A stretch of DNA of 64,000 nt, taken from NCBI GenBank assembly GCA_964390005.1, contig CAYMGM010000003.1:81758-145757 (forward strand), written 5' to 3'. Below are positions 1 to 8,399 of the stretch, in pieces; position 1 is the stretch's first letter, and each line of letters starts with the position of its first letter. The notes beneath the pieces are model-generated. The model saw only the letters and a list, made by a program, of their open reading frames with translations. It did not search any database and was not told where the DNA came from. The translations under genes and the position numbers were made by a program. The DNA comes from an uncultured Rhodospirillaceae bacterium. Lineage in GTDB: Bacteria > Pseudomonadota > Alphaproteobacteria > UBA9219.

Positions 1-637
1 CAGCTTCGTCCAGCTCGGCTTCAAGGCGCCGGAAAAAGTTCATGTAATCGGCCCGATTGGCGGGGTGACTGCCGCCGACATGGATTTGCGTCGCGGGCGT
101 TTCGTCATGGGCTTGGAACCATTCATGCCCGATCAACAAAACCGTTTGCGCGAGATTCAGCGACATAAAATGGGGGTTCAGCGGAATGGTGATCTTCGCA
201 CCTGCCAACGCGATATATTCGTTGATCAGGCCTGTGCGTTCGGGGCCAAACATGACGCCGACCTTTTCGCCTGCCTGCGTGCGTTGAACCATATCGGGGA
301 TCGCACCGCGCGGCGTCATCACGCGCGTGACCATATCGTGACTGCGCGCCGTTGTGGCATAGACAAAGTTGAGGTCGGCGACGGCCTCTTCAACCGTGTC
401 GAAAAGTTTGGCTTGATGCAGAATATCATCCGCGCCGGAGGAAGCCGCTTCCATTCTCTTTTGATGAATTTCGCTCAAGGGCCATGGATCGCGCGGACGC
501 ACGATACGCAATTCGTTCAGGGCGCAATTGCCCATGGCGCGCGCGGTCATACCGATATTTTCAACCAGCTGCGGATGAACCAAAATGATGCAGGGTTGGT
601 TTTGCTGACGATCTGAAAGTTGTTTTTCCGTTTTCAT
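1..637 (-). CDS. trmJ: SpoU/TrmH-class RNA 2'-O-methyltransferase, TrmJ-like; 3' end lies outside the window
   Basis: Absent from the ORF track because it runs off the left edge. My translation of the minus strand from the ATG at 637..635 gives MKTEKQLSDRQQNQPCIILVHPQLVENIGMTARAMGNCALNELRIV...ATTARSHD...FGPERTGLINEYI...IPLNPHFMSLNLAQTV. This parallels E. coli TrmJ blocks (GTSARSR, FGRERVGLTNEEL, NP.YSSLNLA). The plus-strand ORF 65..616 is its antisense shadow. Confidence 0.8.
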   Translation of the reverse strand, partial: MKTEKQLSDRQQNQPCIILVHPQLVENIGMTARAMGNCALNELRIVRPRDPWPLSEIHQKRMEAASSGADDILHQAKLFDTVEEAVADLNFVYATTARSHDMVTRVMTPRGAIPDMVQRTQAGEKVGVMFGPERTGLINEYIALAGAKITIPLNPHFMSLNLAQTVLLIGHEWFQAHDETPATQIHVGGSHPANRADYMNFFRRLEAELDEA

Positions 638-655
638 AAAAACCAGTCTTGTCCT

Positions 656-2866
656 TTAAGATGTTGCCAATTCCTTAGGCGTCGCCAAAAGATTGGGATT
701 ATCGCTGTTGTGCAAGGCGACGTTGTACCCGTGTGCTTCGAAAAAAGCCAGTATGGCTTCTTGGTTCGAGTGAAACTCAAGGTAAACAAAGGGGCGAAGC
801 CGCGTGATAAGGTCTTGCGCGCCTTGTAAAACAAAGGGCTCCATTTTCTCGACATCGATTTTAATCAAGCGGCAAGCCGTAAGGTTAAGATCGTCTAATC
901 GAACCAAAGGCACTTTTTCGCCGTGATCGACGTCGCATTTGATTTGGGAATGTTGCGGTGAATCCGTCACAAGGGACAAAGCGCCAAAATTATTGCTTTG
1001 CGTATAATCAACGGTGGGCACAAGGATACTGCCCGTTTCGGCGCCGACGGCTTCAAGGTGAAGGCATACGTTTGTTAAAGCGTTTTCGGCGATGGTTTGC
1101 GTCAGAAGATCAAAAATGGCACGTTGCGGCTCGAACGTGTGAACGCGGCCCTGCGCGCCAACCCACGTCGCAAAAGCCAGCGTGTGCATGCCAATATTTG
1201 CCCCCACATCGATCAACGTGTCGCCGGGGCGGATCAAGGGGCGTAACAGCAGCAATTCATCTTCGGCCCATAAGCCTTTTTGATGAATCGCGGGGCCGAT
1301 GCAGGTGTCATGTCGGTTGACCATCATCGGGCCAAAAAACGACGAAACCCAAGCCGTGTGTTCTGTCATGGGGCGTTCGGCGCGGCGCGCGATATCTTTG
1401 ACTTGATCGGCAAAGGCGGTATGCAGCGTTTGATAGCGGGCGCAGCCTTCGGGCGTTTGTCCGGGCGCATTCAAAAGAATGGCTTGGCTGGCGTCGTTAT
1501 AAGGCGTTTCTATGCCCGTGAGGGATTCCAGGCGAAGGCGCGCGGCCAAAAAATCGGCGGCAAGGCTTAACCCAAGGCGCGCGCTGTGCCATGTCAGCGT
1601 CTTGGCCTGAAGGTTCTGCCCGATGAAGCGGCTTAGGGTTTCTAAGAAAAGAAGGCCGCCAGGGGAGGGGCGCGCGAAAATGCAAGGCGCCGCGCAATAG
1701 TCCCAAAGGGGCGCGTGCGCTTCAAGCGGAAGGGCAACATCGGCTGGGCCGTCAAAGAAAGACAGCGCTTCAGGCGTGCGCGCAAAAAGCGCGTCGGCAT
1801 CAAGCAGACAGGCCGAATGGTTGGTCCCTTCGATAAACTGAAAGAAGCGGATCAAGCGGACGCTGGCATGATAAAGGCCGATATTGCCTGCTTGAAAAGG
1901 ATCAAAACGCTCAGTCGTCCAGCTCAGAGAAAGCCCTGTTTTTTGCGCGAGGTCTTCGATCATCTGGGGCGTATCTCGGCGCGGGCTTGCGATATGCACA
2001 TGAAGATGGAAAGAAGGCGCGCCGCACGCGCCAAGCGAGGCAGCCAAGGGCAGCACGTTTTTGATCAGTTGATGGACGTCGGCATAAACAAAGAAAACTT
2101 TTTGCCCGGTCTTGAGGGAAGGCCAGGGCCGATCCAAAGGCGGCAAAAACGAAAAATCAGGTTTAGATTGGGTCAGGGAGGGATCAAAAGCGTCAAGGCT
2201 CCAAGGGCTTTCGTTTGGCAATTGTTGTCGCCAGCCAGAAGCCAGAAGGCAAAGATCAAGCACATAGTGTTGGGCGGGCGTCGCTTGGGCGCGCGCTTGA
2301 TCGATCAAAGGCCGCACAGCGCCCCAGTTTTGTTGCAACGTTTCAATGAGCGCCAGCGGAAAGGCTGCGGGCGCATAACCGGGGTCTATGGTCCGTGCCG
2401 CGCGGCACATCTTGGCGCAGGTTTTAGCGTCGCCGCTTGCAACAGCGAAAAGGCCACGTAAATGCAAGTAAGCGGCGCAAGCTGGCTGCAAGGCGATGGC
2501 TTGATCAAGCCAAAGGACGGCTTTGGCCGTTTGGCCTTCCATAAAGGCGGTGACGGCCTGCAAGGCACAAGAGATATCGCGCAGCGTCGGGTTTGCGCCG
2601 AGCAGCGATTGAATCAAAACGGCCTGCTGGGCTTGTTGGCGGCCTGCGCCCGCGAAGGTTGCGGCGACAAGGTTTGGGATCGCTTTTTGAAGCGCTTCGG
2701 TTGCTTCGGTAAGGCGGGCGGCGGGCGGTTCCCACGAGATAAGGCTGGCCAGTAAACCGGGCGTCACATGGGCAAAAAGGTTTGTTGGATCTGGGTTGTC
2801 GGCAGAAGGGGCGGCGGCAAAAGACATGGGCGGGACTTTTCGAACAAAGAGAAGACGCCCCAGCAT
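656..2866 (-). CDS. Multidomain protein: TPR-like N-terminus, GT-A-like central region, C-terminal FkbM-family SAM methyltransferase
   Basis: 736-aa ORF. The C-terminus DVGANIGMHTLAFA...RVHTFEP...RLIKIDVEKME is typical of FkbM methyltransferases. The centre has FFVYADV...LLDADALF (DxD-like). The N-terminus is Ala/Leu-rich and TPR-like. The stop is 19 nt upstream of the trmJ-like start. An alternative start is at 2827. Confidence 0.7.
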   Translation of the reverse strand: MLGRLLFVRKVPPMSFAAAPSADNPDPTNLFAHVTPGLLASLISWEPPAARLTEATEALQKAIPNLVAATFAGAGRQQAQQAVLIQSLLGANPTLRDISCALQAVTAFMEGQTAKAVLWLDQAIALQPACAAYLHLRGLFAVASGDAKTCAKMCRAARTIDPGYAPAAFPLALIETLQQNWGAVRPLIDQARAQATPAQHYVLDLCLLASGWRQQLPNESPWSLDAFDPSLTQSKPDFSFLPPLDRPWPSLKTGQKVFFVYADVHQLIKNVLPLAASLGACGAPSFHLHVHIASPRRDTPQMIEDLAQKTGLSLSWTTERFDPFQAGNIGLYHASVRLIRFFQFIEGTNHSACLLDADALFARTPEALSFFDGPADVALPLEAHAPLWDYCAAPCIFARPSPGGLLFLETLSRFIGQNLQAKTLTWHSARLGLSLAADFLAARLRLESLTGIETPYNDASQAILLNAPGQTPEGCARYQTLHTAFADQVKDIARRAERPMTEHTAWVSSFFGPMMVNRHDTCIGPAIHQKGLWAEDELLLLRPLIRPGDTLIDVGANIGMHTLAFATWVGAQGRVHTFEPQRAIFDLLTQTIAENALTNVCLHLEAVGAETGSILVPTVDYTQSNNFGALSLVTDSPQHSQIKCDVDHGEKVPLVRLDDLNLTACRLIKIDVEKMEPFVLQGAQDLITRLRPFVYLEFHSNQEAILAFFEAHGYNVALHNSDNPNLLATPKELATS

Positions 2867-2909
2867 AAACCGTTTTTGTACACGTCGTCATGCGTTTTTA
2901 AGCCAAGTT

Positions 2910-4058
2910 TTAGAGCCTTGCCGAAGGGACGGCAGGATGGACGCTGGACCCCGAAAGAGCCGTACGGTCGATGCTGTCGAGATATGAGGTTAAATATTGA
3001 ATAGCCGACCGTCGGCGGCGGTTTTTGATTGCAAGCTGAAGGGGTGAATGCTGATCGTCGTGCGCGGTCGCGACGGCAAGATGAAGCGGCGCAAGTTGGG
3101 CGCAAAGCGTTGGATCGCCCCACGATGGCCTGCCAAGGGCCGCGCGTTTGGCATCGATCGATTGAAGGATGGCCGTTGTCTGATCATGCTTTTGTGAGCA
3201 GATAAAAAACTTGGCAAGGCCCAGACGAGGATCTCCCCAGTGAATAATGCCGAAATCGATAATGCCCGACTGAATAGAGCGAACAGCACTTGTTTGCGGG
3301 TCGCGGTCGACGTCAAGAAGCATGTTATGAAGATGAAGATCGCCGTGCATAAAGGCGTGAGGCAAGGCTTGTTGCGCGCTAAGCTTTTGCATCAACATTT
3401 TGGCGCGTTCGATGTAAGGGGTAAAGTCGGGGGCGATGATTTGAAGGGCCTTTTCACCCCGCGCCAAAAGGTCGCGGTCGAGGCCCCACAAAAAGCCGTC
3501 CTTGGCCGCTTGGTCCTGTTTACGTTGGAAGTCGCGTGCATTCCAGACGATAAATTGTTCGAGATCGTCGTGCGGCGTGTCTTTGATCCTGTTCCACTCA
3601 TCGTTGATGACATCGTTAAAGCGCACAAAAAACGTCGCAATTTGATCGACGACGTCTGGATGACCTGCCCTAACGTTGCTTTGATCGCGCGGGCGGCCGG
3701 GCAAGCGGTCCATAACATAAAGAGAGAGATCTTGATGAAACGCGTTCGGCTCGACCAAAAGCGGCACATTTGTACCGAAAAAGTCGGCAGAACTTTGCTG
3801 CGCGGCCGTTAGCGCGCGCGTCAGGGTTCGTAAAACCCAAATCTCGGTAGCCAGAGAGCCCGCACTGTTTGACGGAGATAGCTGCGGAATCATTTTGATA
3901 ACGTGATCGCGCAGAAAAGCGACGGTCGCGCATTGACCTTGCGGTGGGTATTGAACGTCGTGCGCGCAGACCCTCCATGAGGGAAAGGTTGCGTGAAGGC
4001 GGTCGATCAAATGCCCCGTGACCGGATCGCTGCGTGTGTTGGCTGGCTTAGGCTCCAT
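2910..4058 (-). CDS. Phosphotransferase-family (APH/choline-kinase-like) small-molecule kinase
   Basis: 382-aa ORF with FMHGDLHLHNMLLD...SGIIDFGIIHWGDP, matching the HGDxxxxN catalytic loop plus (I/V)DFG motif of the APH kinase fold. Confidence 0.75.
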   Translation of the reverse strand: MEPKPANTRSDPVTGHLIDRLHATFPSWRVCAHDVQYPPQGQCATVAFLRDHVIKMIPQLSPSNSAGSLATEIWVLRTLTRALTAAQQSSADFFGTNVPLLVEPNAFHQDLSLYVMDRLPGRPRDQSNVRAGHPDVVDQIATFFVRFNDVINDEWNRIKDTPHDDLEQFIVWNARDFQRKQDQAAKDGFLWGLDRDLLARGEKALQIIAPDFTPYIERAKMLMQKLSAQQALPHAFMHGDLHLHNMLLDVDRDPQTSAVRSIQSGIIDFGIIHWGDPRLGLAKFFICSQKHDQTTAILQSIDAKRAALGRPSWGDPTLCAQLAPLHLAVATAHDDQHSPLQLAIKNRRRRSAIQYLTSYLDSIDRTALSGSSVHPAVPSARL

Positions 4059-4162
4059 GTTCGGACCCTTTAATTAGCAAACGACAAATTTCTTCTTATA
4101 TCTATTCTACTCAAAAAAGGGGGCTTGGTTCGAAGAAAAATAGTTTCAACAAGCGTTAGTCG

Positions 4163-4834
4163 TTAAAAAAGACCAATGGTTTTACGGCCAAAGCGCGGTT
4201 GTAAGGATTGGCTGTGCAAATCAAGCCCGTTTAATTTATCGCCGCAAAAAACGTGGCCATGAAAATAAGCGAAAACGAGGCCTGTCTGCCCGGCGGCGTC
4301 AAAGGCTTCCAACGCGCCAAACGTCCCGCCAACGTTAAAATCGGCATCTTGCGCTTCTTGGGAAAGGGGCAACATGCTCCCCGTCACGCCGATCAGTTTA
4401 TCGGATCGACCGTCGCCGAAATGATGATCGATGATTTGCGTGATCAGCGGCAGCATGTAGGTCCCGCAGGTCAGCATGATCTTTTTGTTCTTGATCCATT
4501 GAAGCGCGTGGATCAGCCGGATCATATCGCGGTCTGTGATATGACGGCTGTCTTTGGCTAAGAAAACCGTGCCCGTTATCTGCTGGGGCGCAAGATGAAA
4601 ATGCTCGTGCAGTTCGTTGATCCGCTCAAAGGACGGATTCATCATCACGGGTGCAATCGTTTCTTGATCGGGGATATAGGCCGATTGGATCGTTCCCCCA
4701 AAGGCGATTAGCGCCGTCATCTCTTCTTCGGACTGAAACGACGGTTTTTGCGCCTGAAACTGCGCCGAAAGATCGACTTCGTCTTCGGCGGTGAGAGGGG
4801 GAATCGTCAAAAGATTTTCTGGATGGATGTTCAT
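4163..4834 (-). CDS. Asparaginase-family domain protein (divergent)
   Basis: Start re-picked at MNIHPEN (ATG 4834, preceded by AGGAGG). Blocks LIAFGGTIQS (TGGTI-like), KDSRHITDRDM, LTCGTYML (HGTDTM-like with Asp replaced by Tyr), GVTGSMLPL and DADFNVGG follow the order of type I/II L-asparaginase N-domain motifs. Confidence 0.55.
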   Translation of the reverse strand: MNIHPENLLTIPPLTAEDEVDLSAQFQAQKPSFQSEEEMTALIAFGGTIQSAYIPDQETIAPVMMNPSFERINELHEHFHLAPQQITGTVFLAKDSRHITDRDMIRLIHALQWIKNKKIMLTCGTYMLPLITQIIDHHFGDGRSDKLIGVTGSMLPLSQEAQDADFNVGGTFGALEAFDAAGQTGLVFAYFHGHVFCGDKLNGLDLHSQSLQPRFGRKTIGLF

Positions 4835-4927
4835 CGGGCCTCCTTTAAGGCGCATCATCAAGATATCTTTAGCCGTCCAGGGGTTGGATCGGCTTTCAAA
4901 ACGGAAAGCCGATCCTTAAAGGCCCCT

Positions 4928-6292
4928 TTAGGCTTTTCGCCACGTTGTCCCGGACGGGCCGTCTTCCAAAATAATGCCTTGGGCCAACAAATCGGCACGG
5001 ATTTGATCGGCGCGGGCAAAGTCCTTGGCTTTCTTGGCGGCGATACGGTCCGCGATCGCTTGTGTGATCATCGCTTCATCGGCATCGCCTTTAAACCAAG
5101 CGTCGATGTCTTGGTATAAAAGCCCCAAAGCATGCCCCGCTGCCAAAAGATCGGCTTTCAGCGTTGTCCGCGTCGCGTCGTCTTTGGCGGCATAAAGCGC
5201 GCTGACGATTTCGTGGATCTCGGCAATCGCTTGGGGGATGTTGAGGTCGTCGCACAAAGCGGCTTCTACTTTTTCTGGAACCGTTTCCGTCTTCGGCGCG
5301 GGCAAAGCGTCGGCAAGGCGCAGCGCCCCATACCAGCGGTCTAGCGTCGCTTTGGCGTTTTGCAACGCCTCGCGCGTGAAGTTTACCGGCTGGCGATAGT
5401 GCGACGACAACAGAACCAGACGCAGCGCTTCGCCCGGCGCTTCGGCCAGCAATTCGCGGATCGTGAAAAAGTTGCCAAGCGATTTTGACATCTTTTCGCC
5501 GTTCACGATCAAAAAGCCGTTATGCATCCAATATTTTGCCAAAGGCACGTCGTTGGCGCATTCGCTTTGGGCAATTTCGTTTTCATGGTGCGGGAAAATC
5601 AAATCCAGCCCGCCGCCGTGAATATCAAAGGTCTTGCCTAAATGCTGCGCCGACATGACCGAGCACTCAATATGCCAGCCGGGGCGTCCGCGGCCCCACG
5701 GGCTTTCCCAGCCCACTTGATCGGGCGTGCTGGGTTTCCACAAAACGAAATCCGCCGGATCCTTTTTGTAAGGGGCGACTTCAACGCGCGCGCCCGCTAC
5801 CAGCTCGTCGCGCGAATGGCGCGAGAGTTTGCCATAATCTTTCATCGACGGAACATGGAACAAAACATGCCCCTGCGCCGCATAGGCAAAGCCTTTTTCG
5901 ATCAGTTTTTGCGACATGTCGATCATGCCGGCAATGTACTGGGTCGCGCGCGGCTCGATATCCGGCGGCAAGGCGTTCATGTGGGCGATGTCGTCATGAA
6001 ACGCTTGCGCCGTACGCGTGGTCAGCGCTTCAATGGTCTCGCCCGTTTCCTTGATGCGGTTCAGGATCTTGTCTTCGACGTCTGTGATGTTGCGGGCATA
6101 GGTCACTTGCGGATAGTGCCGTTTCAATAGGCGGTACAGCGTATCGAAAACAACCACGGGGCGTGCGTTGCCAAGGTGCGCAAAATCATACACCGTGGGG
6201 CCGCAGACATACATGGTCACATGTTGGGGGTCGTTCGGCTGAAAAGCCTCTTTTTGGCGCGAAAGTGTGTTGTAAACTTGGATCTCGGTCAT
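4928..6292 (-). CDS. cysS: Cysteine--tRNA ligase
   Basis: HLGNARP (HIGH-type) and KMSKSLGNF (KMSKS) motifs. Start re-picked at MTEIQVYNTLSRQKE (ATG 6292, GAGGAG RBS). The track ORF extends 21 codons further. Confidence 0.95.
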   Translation of the reverse strand: MTEIQVYNTLSRQKEAFQPNDPQHVTMYVCGPTVYDFAHLGNARPVVVFDTLYRLLKRHYPQVTYARNITDVEDKILNRIKETGETIEALTTRTAQAFHDDIAHMNALPPDIEPRATQYIAGMIDMSQKLIEKGFAYAAQGHVLFHVPSMKDYGKLSRHSRDELVAGARVEVAPYKKDPADFVLWKPSTPDQVGWESPWGRGRPGWHIECSVMSAQHLGKTFDIHGGGLDLIFPHHENEIAQSECANDVPLAKYWMHNGFLIVNGEKMSKSLGNFFTIRELLAEAPGEALRLVLLSSHYRQPVNFTREALQNAKATLDRWYGALRLADALPAPKTETVPEKVEAALCDDLNIPQAIAEIHEIVSALYAAKDDATRTTLKADLLAAGHALGLLYQDIDAWFKGDADEAMITQAIADRIAAKKAKDFARADQIRADLLAQGIILEDGPSGTTWRKA

Positions 6293-6396
6293 CAGGGATC
6301 TCCTCACAAAAGCATTCGGGTCGTTGTCGGCATGCGGATCTTCCGCCGGTGTCAACAGGCCCTACATCGTGCGTTTGCGAGGAAAAAGGACATCAT

Positions 6397-7743
6397 TTAA
6401 GCGCGCTCCCCCGCTAAGCGGGCGCGCGCCCGCGTTTGACCGATCAGCGGCAGGAAGCTTTTTAGCTCAGGCCCGTGGTCGGTCCCGGTCAAAGCTAGTC
6501 GTAAGGGCATGAAAAGCTCTTTACCCTTGCGACCCGTTTGTTTCTTGACCGCATTGGTCCACTGCCCCCAGGTTTCTTCGCCCCAATCGCCTTCCGGCAA
6601 AAGCAAAGCCGCTTGGTCGATAAAGGGCTTATCGGCGACAACGGGCTCAATCGGGTTGTTGGCAACCAGCCACCAATCGCGCACATCGGCGAGCTTCGTC
6701 AAGTTCGGGCGTACGGCATTCCAGAAAGTTTCTGTGACTTCGCCCAGACCCAGCGCGGCGAGGCGATCTTTGACATCGGCAAAATCGCTCATATGCAGGA
6801 TTTTGGCGCTGAGATGGGCCAATTCGGCCAAGTCGAACTTGGCGGTCGAGCGCGAAACCTTATCCAGCGAAAAACGGGCGGCCATTGGCTCGAACGACGT
6901 GAAAGGCTGAATGGGATCCGAAGTCCCCAGCGCTGCCATCAGCGAATTGATGGCCATGGCTTCCAATTGCAAATCGTCGCGCATGCTTGAGATGCTAAAG
7001 GTGCCAAGGCGTTTGCTCATTTCCGTGCCGTCGGCGCTGACGATCAAGGGGTAATGTGCAAAAAGAGGCACGGGTTTGTCGGTCAAAGCCTGCCAGATCT
7101 GGATCTGGACGGCGGTATTGGTCACGTGATCTTCGCCGCGGATGATGTGGGTGATGCCAAAATCGGCGTCGTCCACCATCGAGCAAAAGGTATAAAGCGG
7201 CACGCCATCGGCGCGGACCAGCACCGGATCCGACAGAGCCGACGCAGGCAGGCTTTTATGCCCCTGAATCATATCGTCCCAAATAACGTCGCGATGTTCC
7301 AGTTTAAAGCGCCAATAGGGCTTTTCGCCTGCGGCGATTTTGGCTTCAACCTCGGCGGGGGATAATTTCAGCGCTGTCCGGTCGTAAACGGGGGGGAGGC
7401 CGCGGCCAAGCTGCGTTTTGCGCTTCAGGTCAAGCTCGGCCTGCGATTCAAAGCAGGGATAGACCCGGCCCTTGGCTTTTAACCCTTCCAAAACCTCGGC
7501 ATAATGGCCTGTGCGATCCGTTTGGCGGGCAAAACGGTCCCAGGAAAAGCCCAGCCAGGTCAGATCGCGCAGCAGCGCGTCTTCCAGCTCTTTGGTCGAG
7601 CGCTCTTGGTCCGTATCATCCATGCGCAGCATGAAGCTGCCATTATTTTTCTTTGCAAACAAATAGTTATATAAGGCCGCGCGGATATTGCCGATATGCA
7701 AAAGACCGGTGGGCGAAGGGGCGAAACGGACAGCTACACTCAT
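6397..7743 (-). CDS. gltX: Glutamate--tRNA ligase
   Basis: MSVAVRFAPSPTGLLHIGNIRAAL (HIGH region) and EMSKRLG (KMSKS-like). Start re-picked at ATG 7743; the track ORF adds 22 unlikely N-terminal codons. Confidence 0.93.
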   Translation of the reverse strand: MSVAVRFAPSPTGLLHIGNIRAALYNYLFAKKNNGSFMLRMDDTDQERSTKELEDALLRDLTWLGFSWDRFARQTDRTGHYAEVLEGLKAKGRVYPCFESQAELDLKRKTQLGRGLPPVYDRTALKLSPAEVEAKIAAGEKPYWRFKLEHRDVIWDDMIQGHKSLPASALSDPVLVRADGVPLYTFCSMVDDADFGITHIIRGEDHVTNTAVQIQIWQALTDKPVPLFAHYPLIVSADGTEMSKRLGTFSISSMRDDLQLEAMAINSLMAALGTSDPIQPFTSFEPMAARFSLDKVSRSTAKFDLAELAHLSAKILHMSDFADVKDRLAALGLGEVTETFWNAVRPNLTKLADVRDWWLVANNPIEPVVADKPFIDQAALLLPEGDWGEETWGQWTNAVKKQTGRKGKELFMPLRLALTGTDHGPELKSFLPLIGQTRARARLAGERA

Positions 7744-7853
7744 TTTCTTAACATCTGACGAAACATTTGAAGAGAGGTGATTTTTGCGGTTATTCTGCTG
7801 CCTTGGCAAGTAAAATTATTGGCTGAAATAATTTCTAAGAAAAGGGCTGTTTC

Positions 7854-8372
7854 ATGAAACTGGTGCCGTGGTCCAAGCAGAAAGTTCTGATTGTCGAAAG
7901 TGACGATTTCCGAACGGCCTATTACACGATGTTTATGGAAATCTATCGGATTTCGTACGACATCGCGCGGACGTCTAGCCGTGCTATTGATAAATTAGAG
8001 AATGACCCCTCGATCGCTTTTGTTATTTTGGATGGGGCTCTTGAAAGAGCATCGCGTCGCGGAACCGTTGCCGATTACATTACAAGCGAACTTTGGCGCC
8101 CAAAGGAAGGAAAGACGTTTCCTCGCTTTGTGACGGCGTCAGACGATCCCTATCCGGTTTACGGGGCTTCGGCGGTGTTTGAGAAAAAAGCGTTTTTTGA
8201 TGTTTTGGACCTCCGCCTGGCGAAAAGAAAGATTCTGCGCCTTTTTGCTTTGCAACGGCATCAAAATGCACAAAGCCAAAAGAAAGAGAGAAAACCGCTT
8301 CGGCCATTGAAGCGGCCTTTGCCGTCTTGGCGCGCCATGCCTGCGCTTGTGAAAAAGGAGCCTGCGGCGTAA
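7854..8372 (+). CDS. Hypothetical protein, CheY-receiver-like N-terminal half with a basic C-terminal tail
   Basis: 172-aa ORF. KVLIVESDD ... FVILDG ... FVTASDD resembles the acidic pocket, phospho-acceptor Asp and T/S positions of a receiver domain. The tail is Lys/Arg/Pro-rich. The match is weak. Confidence 0.4.
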   Translation: MKLVPWSKQKVLIVESDDFRTAYYTMFMEIYRISYDIARTSSRAIDKLENDPSIAFVILDGALERASRRGTVADYITSELWRPKEGKTFPRFVTASDDPYPVYGASAVFEKKAFFDVLDLRLAKRKILRLFALQRHQNAQSQKKERKPLRPLKRPLPSWRAMPALVKKEPAA

Positions 8373-8399
8373 AGTTTGGACCTCTTGAACGGGGTTTTC

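Noticed and set aside
65-616. 183-aa plus-strand ORF at the left edge
   Set aside because: It lies entirely antisense to a much better minus-strand reading frame that encodes recognisable TrmJ/SpoU motifs. It is a typical GC-rich shadow ORF.
1715-2461. 248-aa plus-strand ORF (and neighbours 958..1320, 1280..1570, 2462..2755)
   Set aside because: Arg/Gly-rich, motif-free translations antisense to the FkbM/TPR gene; shadow ORFs.
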